Source of the DNA: Gaiellales bacterium
GTDB taxonomy: Bacteria; Actinomycetota; Thermoleophilia; Gaiellales; Gaiellaceae
Assembly: GCA_038237515.1 (NCBI GenBank)
Contig: JBBRYP010000009.1
Span: forward strand, 7,953-71,952
Reading direction: 5' to 3'
Length of the DNA: 64,000 nt
In this document: one piece after another, positions 10,824 through 18,536 of the stretch
How the letters are laid out: each line of letters begins with the position of its first letter
Position numbering within the stretch: position 1 is the first letter of the stretch
Position numbers and translations under genes: made by a program
Notes under the pieces: generated by a model
The model's database searches: none
Seen by the model: only the letters and a program-made list of their open reading frames with translations
What the model was told of the DNA's origin: nothing

Positions 10824-10877
10824 CGGCGACCGCCCACCGTATGTGCTCGCGGCGCCGTCTGCAACCTCAAACTTCCT

Positions 10878-11555
10878 TTACGACAGCCCGCCGGCCGCGC
10901 TCAGCGACTCGCTGACGACGGCGGCACCACGGCGATGGAGCGCGAGACGAACGGCCGTGAGGAGGTTCGGCAGGCTCGTGAGGGATGCGAGCACGAGTGT
11001 CCCGACGACGATCTGCGAGATTCCCCACCGGCTGCCGAGGCTCGTGGCCGCGGTCACCATCCCCACGCTGCCGAGGACGATCGCGCCGAGGCCGGCAAAG
11101 AGCGCGAGCACGTCTCGGCGCGACGCGGGCGCCGCCCGCTCGTCGCCGCAGATCGTCGATCGCCTCGCTGACGGCCGCGCTGGCGAACGGCGCATGACCC
11201 CGCCCGGCAGCAGCCGCCCGACCCTCGCCGGCCGGACGGAGAGCAGCACGACGTAGGGGACGAGCACGACCGCGAGCAGGCCTCCGCCGACCGGCGCGCC
11301 GGTGCCTCCGAGCACGAGCGCGGCCCCGATCGCAGTCACTGCCAGCGCCACGGCGCCGTTCAGGGCCAGCCCCTGCCGGTGGATCCGCACGTTCCCGGCG
11401 ACGAGCACGCTGACGCCGAGCAGGCCGGCGAGGTTGAACACGTTCGAGCCGAGCACCAGCCCGATCCCGAGGTCGTTGTGCCCGGCGGCGAGCGCTGCGA
11501 CCGCCGAGGAGATCTCCGGCGCGTCCGCACCGAGCGCCGTCACCAGTCCGTGCAA
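10878..11555 (-). CDS. CaCA (Na+/Ca2+ exchanger) family membrane protein, apparently truncated at both ends
   Basis: Alpha-1 repeat GLVTALGADAPEISSAVAAL...GSNVFNLAGLLG and alpha-2 repeat GISQIVVGTLVLASLTSLPNLLTAV. There is no room for TM1 upstream, and the ORF stops before the second GSNxFN and the last TMs. TTG start. Confidence 0.5.
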   Translation of the reverse strand: MHGLVTALGADAPEISSAVAALAAGHNDLGIGLVLGSNVFNLAGLLGVSVLVAGNVRIHRQGLALNGAVALAVTAIGAALVLGGTGAPVGGGLLAVVLVPYVVLLSVRPARVGRLLPGGVMRRSPARPSARRSTICGDERAAPASRRDVLALFAGLGAIVLGSVGMVTAATSLGSRWGISQIVVGTLVLASLTSLPNLLTAVRLALHRRGAAVVSESLSAAGGLS

Positions 11556-11622
11556 ACCCTCCGAGAGGCCCTCCCTGCGGCTCCGGTCCTGACCCGCCGG
11601 CGGCTGCGCCCGGGACCTTCGT

Positions 11623-12249
11623 CTACGGCAACTCGTTCGAGTCGAAAGGCTTCTGCGCCAGCACCCAGAGGAAGCGGACGGGGCCGTGGCCTGGCTCCTC
11701 GGTCGCTAGGACCCGCGCCTCTACGACCTCCAGCCTCGCTCTCGCGAGGAGCCGGGAGTTCGTCCGCTCGTCGAAGGAGGCGAAGAACATCGGCGTACCG
11801 AGCCAGTCCGGGTCGGTTTCGTCTTCCGACCCTTCGACGCCGAGCGTGGCGAGGAACCAGCCGCCGGGGCGCAGCCAGTCGGCGATCCGTTCCAGCAGCG
11901 GTCCCTGTTCGCTTCGGCGAATGTGCCCGAACATGAAGAGCGAGACGACGGCGTCGAAGGAGCTCGGGTCGAACGAGACGAGGATCGCGTCGGCACGAAC
12001 GAACGTCGCGTCGGGAAAGGCTCGGTGGGCCCGAGCGATCTGCTCGCCCGAGATGTCGACGCCGGTATGGCGGTAGCGCGCCACGAGGGCGGCGGTCGCG
12101 GGGTTGTCGCCGCCGGACCCGAGCTCGAGCACCTGCGCGCCCGCCGGCACTCGCGCCGCCAGGCGCTCCAACCACCGTAGGGCCGGACTCTCGAACGAGG
12201 CTGTCCAGGCCGCGTACCGATCCGCAATCGCGTCGTAGCCCGCGCGCAC
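11623..12249 (-). CDS. Class I SAM-dependent methyltransferase
   Basis: VLELGSGGD (motif I), GVDIS, FDAVVSLFMFGHI, LRPGGWFL. Confidence 0.85.
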   Translation of the reverse strand: MRAGYDAIADRYAAWTASFESPALRWLERLAARVPAGAQVLELGSGGDNPATAALVARYRHTGVDISGEQIARAHRAFPDATFVRADAILVSFDPSSFDAVVSLFMFGHIRRSEQGPLLERIADWLRPGGWFLATLGVEGSEDETDPDWLGTPMFFASFDERTNSRLLARARLEVVEARVLATEEPGHGPVRFLWVLAQKPFDSNELP

Positions 12250-12266
12250 GGTCTCGTGGGGGTCGC

Positions 12267-12626
12267 TCAGCTCGCGGCCTCCACGAGCGCGCGTGCCTGC
12301 GCGAACTGCTGCTCGCTCAGACGGATGTGCGAGTGCCGCCAGATGCTCTGCGGGAACACACCAGCGGCCTCGACCGGCGGCGCGTCGCGCAGGTCCGCCG
12401 CGTGCGCGAGCGGGCGAATGGGAAATCGCCAGCTCCAGCGGGTCCGGAGCGTATCGTGCTCCGGCACGCCGACGATCTCGACGACGCCGAAGATCGCCTG
12501 CCAGACGGCGGCGTAGAGGATCGCCAGCTCTCCCGGCTCCACGGACGGGCGCCTCGATGAGGAGTGGGCGACGATCTCGGCGGCCTCCACGCGTGCGGGA
12601 AGGGGCCGGTCGCCGCGGCCGCGCAC
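12267..12626 (-). CDS. Hypothetical protein (small, possibly PUA/EVE-like fold)
   Basis: Only the 3' ~360 nt of ORF 12267..13634 lie outside the thiolase gene. GTG 12626 is in frame. High third-position GC. No confident family. Confidence 0.45.
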   Translation of the reverse strand: MRGRGDRPLPARVEAAEIVAHSSSRRPSVEPGELAILYAAVWQAIFGVVEIVGVPEHDTLRTRWSWRFPIRPLAHAADLRDAPPVEAAGVFPQSIWRHSHIRLSEQQFAQARALVEAAS

Positions 12627-12640
12627 GAGGAGCCAGTGGG

Positions 12641-13870
12641 TCAGAGCCGCTCGACGACCGCCGCGATCGCCTGACCCTGCCCGATGCACATCGAGGCGAT
12701 GCCGTAGCGCGCCGCGCGCCGGTCGAGCTCGTTCAGGAGCGTCGCCGTGATCCGGGCGCCCGTCGCACCGAGCGGGTGGCCGAGCGAGATGCCACCGCCG
12801 TTCGGATTCACGTCGCCGATGCGATCGGCGAGCCCCGTGTCCTTGGCGAACTGGAGCGCGACGCACGCGAAAGCCTCGTTGACCTCGATCACGGACATGT
12901 CGTCCCAGCCGAGGCCCGCCTTCGCCAGCGCCTTCTCGCAGGCCTGCGGGTTCCCGTGCAGCATGCGGTAGGGATCGACGCCCGCGAGGCCGAACGAGAC
13001 GAACCGGCCGCGCGGCTCGAGACCGAGCTCCGAGGCGCGGCGCTCGCTCGCCAGCAGCATCGCCGCGGCGCCGTCGACGATCTGGCTCGAGTTCCCGGCC
13101 GTGATCCTGCCGCCGGCGACGAAGGCCGGCTGGAGCGCCGCCAGCTTCTCTGCGGAGGTGTCGCGGCGCGGCGCCTCGTCCACCGCGAAGAGCGTCTCGG
13201 CAGGCGAGGCGACGGCGACCGTCGTCTCGGCCTCGGCGGCGGTGGAACGTGTCGGCTCGGCGGGGCCGGGCGAGCGGCCGAGCTCGATCGGAACGATCTC
13301 GTTCTCGAAGCGGCCGGCGTCGACGGCGGCGACTGCGCGCCGGTGCGACTCGAGCGAGTACGCGTCGAGGTCCTCGCGCGCGAGCTGCCACTCCGTCGCG
13401 ATCGCCTCGGCCGAGATGCCTTGCGGCACGATCTCCCACGCGTCGAGCAGCTTCTCCGAGAAGCCGTTCCAGTCGATGTTCGAGCCCATCGGGACGCGGG
13501 ACATCGACTCGACACCCGCCGCGACGACGACGTCGAGCTCGCCCGCGCGAATCGCCGCGACGCCGTTGAACGCGCACTGGAGCGAGGAGCCGCACTGGCG
13601 GTCGACCGTGGAGGCACAGACCGTCTCCGGCCACCCGGCGATGAGGGCGGCGACCCGCCCCACGTTCAGCCCCTGCTCGCCGATCTGGGTGACGCAGCCC
13701 ATCTGGACGTCCTCGATCGCACCCGGGTCGAGGTCGAGCCGCAGGGCAAGGCTGTTCAGCACCTGCGCCGCGAGCTCGTCGGCGCGCACGCCGGCGAGCG
13801 AGCCGTTGCGCCTGCCGATCGGCGAGCGCACGGCCTCGACGATCAGCGCGTCGGAGGCAGGGCCCGCCAT
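12641..13870 (-). CDS. Acetyl-CoA C-acyltransferase (thiolase)
   Basis: 409 aa. IVEAVRSPIGR, active-site Cys context VDRQCGSSLQ, and C-terminal GGGISLGHPLGATGARI...MCIGQGQA. Confidence 0.92.
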   Translation of the reverse strand: MAGPASDALIVEAVRSPIGRRNGSLAGVRADELAAQVLNSLALRLDLDPGAIEDVQMGCVTQIGEQGLNVGRVAALIAGWPETVCASTVDRQCGSSLQCAFNGVAAIRAGELDVVVAAGVESMSRVPMGSNIDWNGFSEKLLDAWEIVPQGISAEAIATEWQLAREDLDAYSLESHRRAVAAVDAGRFENEIVPIELGRSPGPAEPTRSTAAEAETTVAVASPAETLFAVDEAPRRDTSAEKLAALQPAFVAGGRITAGNSSQIVDGAAAMLLASERRASELGLEPRGRFVSFGLAGVDPYRMLHGNPQACEKALAKAGLGWDDMSVIEVNEAFACVALQFAKDTGLADRIGDVNPNGGGISLGHPLGATGARITATLLNELDRRAARYGIASMCIGQGQAIAAVVERL

Positions 13871-13893
13871 CGGTGCAAGTCTAGACTCAGCGC

Positions 13894-15321
13894 GTGGCCG
13901 TCACGCTCCCGCAGCGCCGTCTGCTGATCGACGGCGAGTGGGCCGAGACGGGCGAGTGGCTCGACGTGCGCTCGCCGTACTCCGGCGAGGCGGTCGCGCG
14001 AGTCGCGAGAGGCGGTGCAGCGGAGACGGGCCGCGCGATCGACGCGGCAGAACGCGCGATGCGCGAGCCGCTCCCGGCGCACAGGCGGGCGGAGATCCTC
14101 GTCCGGGTCGCGGGCGCCCTCGGCCGGCGGCACGACGAGGCCGCGGCCACGATCTGCGCCGAGGCCGGCAAGCCGATGAAGGCCGCGCGCGTGGAGGCGA
14201 GGCGCGCGATGTCGACCTACACGATGGCCGCCGTCGAGGCACGCAAGCTCGCGGGCGAGATGGTGCCGATGGATGCCTCGCAGGCGGGCGAGGGCAAGCT
14301 CGCGTTCACGCTCCGGTTACCGATAGGGGTGGTCGGCGCGATCACACCCTTCAACTTCCCGCTGAACCTCGTGGCGCACAAGATCGCCCCCGCGCTCGCA
14401 GCCGGGTGCGCCGTCGTGCTCAAGCCCGCGTCGCAGACGCCGCTCTCCGCCCTGCTCCTCGCGGAGCTCGAGACGGAGGCCGGCCTGCCCCCGGGCTGGC
14501 TGAACGTCATCGCCGGTCCCTCGGCGGAGATCGGCGACCGCCTGGTGGAGGACGAGCGGGTGCGGGCGCTGACGTTCACGGGCTCGTCGTCGATCGGCTG
14601 GAAGCTGCGGGAGCGTGCCCCGCGAAAGAAGGTGGCACTGGAGCTCGGCAACTCGACGCCCGTGATCGTCGCGGCGGACGCGGATCTCGAGGTCGCGGCG
14701 GCCAAGCTCGCCGCCAACGCCTTCTCCTTCGCCGGCCAGAGCTGCATCTCCGTCCAGCGCATCTATGTCGAGCGCGCCGCCCGCGAGACGTTCCTCGCGC
14801 GCTTCCTGCCGCGCGTCGACGAACTCGTGCTGGGCGACCCCGCGGACGAGGGAACGGATGTTGGACCGGTGATCGACGGAGCGGCTCGCGAGCGGATTCT
14901 CGAGTGGATCGAGGAGGCGCGTCAGGTGGGCGCCGAGATCCTGCGGGGCGGGAAGGCTCGCGGTGTGCTGATCGAGCCGACCGTGATCGCCGAGCCCGGC
15001 CGCGAGCTGAAGGTCTCCTGCGAGGAGGTCTTCGGTCCCGTCTGCACCGTCAACGCGGTCTCCTCGATCGACGAGGCGATCGACCTCGCGAACGGCACTC
15101 GCTACGGGCTCCAGGCAGGTATCTTCACGCGCAGTCTCGAAACCGCCCTCGTGGCCGCCCGCGAGCTGGAGTTCGGCGGCGTGACGGTCAACGAGGCTCC
15201 GACCTTCCGGGCCGACCAGATGCCCTACGGGGGCGTCAAAGACTCGGGGAACACGCGCGAGGGACCTGCGTACGCCGTGCGCGAGTTGACTGAGCCCCGC
15301 GTCGTCGTCGTCGAGCTGTGA
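13894..15321 (+). CDS. NAD(P)-dependent aldehyde dehydrogenase
   Basis: 475 aa. FNFPLNL...KPASQTP, ELGNSTP, FAGQSCISVQR (catalytic Cys), PYGGVKDSG. Confidence 0.92.
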   Translation: MAVTLPQRRLLIDGEWAETGEWLDVRSPYSGEAVARVARGGAAETGRAIDAAERAMREPLPAHRRAEILVRVAGALGRRHDEAAATICAEAGKPMKAARVEARRAMSTYTMAAVEARKLAGEMVPMDASQAGEGKLAFTLRLPIGVVGAITPFNFPLNLVAHKIAPALAAGCAVVLKPASQTPLSALLLAELETEAGLPPGWLNVIAGPSAEIGDRLVEDERVRALTFTGSSSIGWKLRERAPRKKVALELGNSTPVIVAADADLEVAAAKLAANAFSFAGQSCISVQRIYVERAARETFLARFLPRVDELVLGDPADEGTDVGPVIDGAARERILEWIEEARQVGAEILRGGKARGVLIEPTVIAEPGRELKVSCEEVFGPVCTVNAVSSIDEAIDLANGTRYGLQAGIFTRSLETALVAARELEFGGVTVNEAPTFRADQMPYGGVKDSGNTREGPAYAVRELTEPRVVVVEL

Positions 15322-15413
15322 CCGGCGTACATCCCGCGGTGTCACCCGGCGGCAAACGCGCGTAGCGAGCGGCGATCGCCGCTCCGGGACGCTGTAGACT
15401 CGCCGCTCCTGCG

Positions 15414-16124
15414 ATGGCTCGACTGCCCCTGCTCTCCCGCAAGCAGCGCCTCCCGGTCGAGGCGGAGCACCCGGCGCCCGAGGGTGTCCCACCAGCGCCG
15501 CCCGCGGATGCCTCGCCTCCGGAGTTGCCGGCTGCGCCGCCGGCACCACGCCGGCCTCCCCATCCCGGCGTCCTGCGCCGCGAGCGTCGCGCGCTCGCGC
15601 GGGCGCGCGAGGACCGCATCCGCGACCTCGGGGGCCTGATGCTCGAGATGCACCGGCGTGAACGCCTCCGCGTCGACCTGCTCGAGGACCAGTGCGTCGA
15701 GCTCCTGTCGATCGAGGCTCGCATGCAGGAGATCGACGGGCTGCTCGTGACGACGCGGCAGGAGGTTCAGGCCGCACGCTGCACGTGCGGCGCGCCGGTT
15801 ATCTGGGGCTCTCACTTCTGCCCCAACTGCGGACGCCCTTGGGGCGAGGCCGTCGTCCAGTGCGTGACCTGCGGACATGCGCTTCCGGCCGATGCCCAGT
15901 TCTGCGCGAGCTGCGGAACGCCGGCGCCTCCTCCAGTGGGGGAGTCGGTGCCGGCCGAGCCGAACCCGACGCCCGAGAGCACAACGCCGGCGGAGGAGCC
16001 TGCGCCCGCAGCCGCGCCTCCCGCGGTGGAGCAACCGCCGGCCGAGCCGGCGGGGTGGCAGGCCGAGCCTGCCGGAGAGGCCTCGCCGGCAAACGAGGCC
16101 GCTCCCGACTCCTGGGAGCGCTAG
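15414..16124 (+). CDS. Double zinc-ribbon protein with Pro-rich ends and a central coiled coil
   Basis: CTCGAPVIWGSHFCPNCG and CVTCGHALPADAQFCASCG. Confidence 0.7.
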   Translation: MARLPLLSRKQRLPVEAEHPAPEGVPPAPPADASPPELPAAPPAPRRPPHPGVLRRERRALARAREDRIRDLGGLMLEMHRRERLRVDLLEDQCVELLSIEARMQEIDGLLVTTRQEVQAARCTCGAPVIWGSHFCPNCGRPWGEAVVQCVTCGHALPADAQFCASCGTPAPPPVGESVPAEPNPTPESTTPAEEPAPAAAPPAVEQPPAEPAGWQAEPAGEASPANEAAPDSWER

Positions 16125-16130
16125 AACCCC

Positions 16131-16892
16131 GTGTCCGAGCCTCTGCCGCCGGACGGCCCCCCGCCGCCTCCCGGGCCGGACGCCGGCGGCGGCCTCTGCC
16201 CGCGGTGCGGGGCCCCGCACCCCCCCGGACAGGAGTACTGCCTCGAGTGCGGTCTACGCTTGCCGCTGGCGCGCGGCTACGTCCCCACGCGGGTCGTCCC
16301 GTCCCTGACCCGCTCCTGGCGGCGCGTGATTCCCTGGTACCCCGGTGACTGGCTGTGGCCCGTCCTGCTCGGCTTCGTCATCGCCGCACTCGGCGCGACG
16401 GTCGCGATCATCTCGACGCGGGACAACGGCGGCGGCTCGACGACGATCGTCGCGACGAACGGCACCGGTGCCGATACGGGGACGACGAGCGCGCCGACCT
16501 CGACGACCTCGCCGACCGACAGCGGGGCGGGAACCGGCACCGAAACCGGGACGAATCCTCCCCCACCGCCTCCACCGCCACCGCCACCTCCTCCGCCCCC
16601 GCCACCGAGTGGCCCGATCAAATGGCCCGCGGGGAAGACCGGCTGGACGATCGTCCTCGCGTCGGTCGCCCATAGCGACGGTCTGCCGGTCGCGCGGGCG
16701 ACTGCGAAGAAGGCGCTGGCGGCAGGGCTCGGCGACGTGGGCGTCCTCGACTCGTCGAACTTTTCGAGCCTCAACTCGGGGTACTACGTCGTCTTCTCGG
16801 GCGTCTACGAGACTCAGGGCGAGGCTCATGGAAACCTCTCCACCGCGCGCTCCACCTTCGCTCAGGCCTATCCGCGCCAGATCAAGCCGTAG
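16131..16892 (+). CDS. Zinc-ribbon / TM / poly-Pro linker / SPOR-domain protein
   Basis: CPRCGAPHPPGQEYCLECG, TM helix WLWPVLLGFVIAALGATVAII, a 17 x Pro run (16557-16607), and a SPOR-like C-terminus GWTIVLASV...GYYVVFSGVYETQGEA. Confidence 0.75.
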   Translation: MSEPLPPDGPPPPPGPDAGGGLCPRCGAPHPPGQEYCLECGLRLPLARGYVPTRVVPSLTRSWRRVIPWYPGDWLWPVLLGFVIAALGATVAIISTRDNGGGSTTIVATNGTGADTGTTSAPTSTTSPTDSGAGTGTETGTNPPPPPPPPPPPPPPPPPSGPIKWPAGKTGWTIVLASVAHSDGLPVARATAKKALAAGLGDVGVLDSSNFSSLNSGYYVVFSGVYETQGEAHGNLSTARSTFAQAYPRQIKP

Positions 16893-16996
16893 CCGGCCGG
16901 AGCGTTTCAGCCGTCACAGCCGGGGCATCGAACGTCCGGGAGCGGACGTGACAGGAGAGAACGCTGTTTGCGTCAGAGGCAACTTGAGCGGAGACT

Positions 16997-17024
16997 TTGT
17001 GACAGCGCCCAAACCGGTTAAACT
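16997..17024 (+). promoter_or_regulatory. Candidate sigma-70-type promoter for the 17110 gene
   Basis: TTGTGA, 16 nt, TAAACT (TANNNT-type -10) in the lower-GC spacer. TTAAC repeats follow at about 17052-17090. Confidence 0.3.
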
Positions 17025-17109
17025 CGTGGTAGGAGTCGCGCCCGCACGAAGGTTAACTGTCGCTTAACAAAGCTTTGCGGGTACTTAACGACGATCCGAG
17101 GATACTGAG

Positions 17110-17556
17110 ATGGACGAGCGAATGCGGTTGATCCAGAGCTGTATGTATCAATACTCCAGAGCCATCTACAGGTCGATCCGAGACCTGATCGACCCGTACG
17201 TGGCCTCTGACGTGCGCCTCGAGTATCGGCGGGACGTGCTCGCGGCTTGCGAGCAGACGATGGAGCGGCTGGCCCGAGACCCGGAGTATTTCGCGAACCC
17301 CGACCGCGCGCTCTTCCAGGACATTCGGCGCTACTTCCCGATCACCGCGCAGGCGCAGGTTGCGTGGACGGTGACGAAGGGCGTCGACGCGGCGGTCTCG
17401 TTTATCGTGGAGCAGATCGAGGCCGGCGCGTTCGACGGCGGTGTTTCGCGCTGCCGTGCGACCACCCGTAAGGGAAAGCCGTGTCAGCGGACGCCTCTTC
17501 CGGACCGCGACTACTGCCCGTCGCATCAGCACCTCGAGCAGTCGGTCGCCGCCTGA
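17110..17556 (+). CDS. Hypothetical protein with C-terminal Cys/His cluster
   Basis: 148 aa with a clean ATG. Lower GC than its neighbours. C-terminus is CRATTRKGKPCQRTPLPDRDYCPSHQH (C-x10-C-x10-C-x2-H, zinc-finger-like). Confidence 0.6.
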   Translation: MDERMRLIQSCMYQYSRAIYRSIRDLIDPYVASDVRLEYRRDVLAACEQTMERLARDPEYFANPDRALFQDIRRYFPITAQAQVAWTVTKGVDAAVSFIVEQIEAGAFDGGVSRCRATTRKGKPCQRTPLPDRDYCPSHQHLEQSVAA

Positions 17557-17601
17557 CGCGCGGGCGCGGCCGCTAAACAAAACCGCGCCCGTCCAGCTCA
17601 T

Positions 17602-18462
17602 GTGAGTGTGAGGCGGACAGGGGCGACGCCCGCACAGCTGGAAGCGCTCTACCGCGAGCGCTTCACGCACTTCGCTCGGGTGGCGGCGGCGATCTGCGCG
17701 TCGTACTCGAGGACGAAGCGAGCCGGCACGAGGTCCCCGTCCGCTCGAACACCTTCCTCTACGTCGCCGAGCACCGGGTGCGGCGCGTGTGGGCGCGTAC
17801 CGCCGCCGGGCTCGTCGGCGTACCGTTCGTCCCCCACCGTTCGAGCTAGGCGGTGGCATCTCGGTGCGTGCGGCGCCTGTGCGGCGGCCGGATCCCCTGG
17901 CTCGAGACACGCGAGCCGCGCGGCCGGCCGCTCAGCGTCCTCCCGCCCCGGCCGCGGGTCGCCGTGCTCGGGCGCAGGCTCGAACCGGCCCCGCACACGA
18001 GGGTGGTCTTCGGCCGCGTCCTCACGTCGGACCCCGACCGGCCGGTGCGGATCGCCCTGACCCTGAACGCAGACCACGTCGGCGGGCGGGTTGCTGGCAT
18101 CTGCTCCTGGCTCGTCACCCGGGGCCCGAATCGTGGCGCTGCTCGCGGGCGGGGAGCGCGCCCCGGTCCAGCTCGTGGACAACACGTTCCTCGTCGACCT
18201 CCCGCGTACGAAGCTCCCGGCGCGCCTCGTCGGCCGCGTCCGCTCGGACGTGGTGGCGGTGCGGATACGCTTCGCGGACGGCACGACGACGACGCTGCGT
18301 CCGACCCGCGGCTACGTCCTCTACGCGGCCCCACGGGAGCACCTGTCCGCTGCCACGGGCGCGGTCGCCGCCGAGGGCCTTCGCCGTGACGGTAGCGTCG
18401 TCGCGAGGCTGTCGTTCGTCCCGCCGAAGCCTTCGCGCGCCGTCGGTGGCCACGTGCGGTAG
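17602..18462 (+). pseudogene. Decayed locus: ECF-sigma N-terminal remnant fused or adjacent to a frame-disrupted beta-rich protein
   Basis: High third-position GC tracks the frame of the 17602 start codon up to about 17694 (AQLEALYRERFTHFARVAAAI, sigma-70 region-2-like). It then switches at ~17690 to a second frame, which is interrupted by an in-frame TAG at 17847-17849. At the homopolymer CCCGGGGCCC (18118-18127) it switches back to the original frame and continues to the stop at 18462. Confidence 0.55.
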
Positions 18463-18536
18463 ATCTCTCGCTGCCTGCGCGGAGCCGCCGGCGCCGCCGT
18501 GCCGCCCCCGCCGGCCGAGCGATAAGCTCGGCCGGC

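Noticed and set aside
12627-13634. Upstream part of the 455-aa minus-strand ORF 12267..13634.
   Set aside because: It is out-of-frame overlap with the thiolase gene, with an Arg/Gly-rich translation. Only the last ~120 codons beyond the thiolase stop have gene-like composition.
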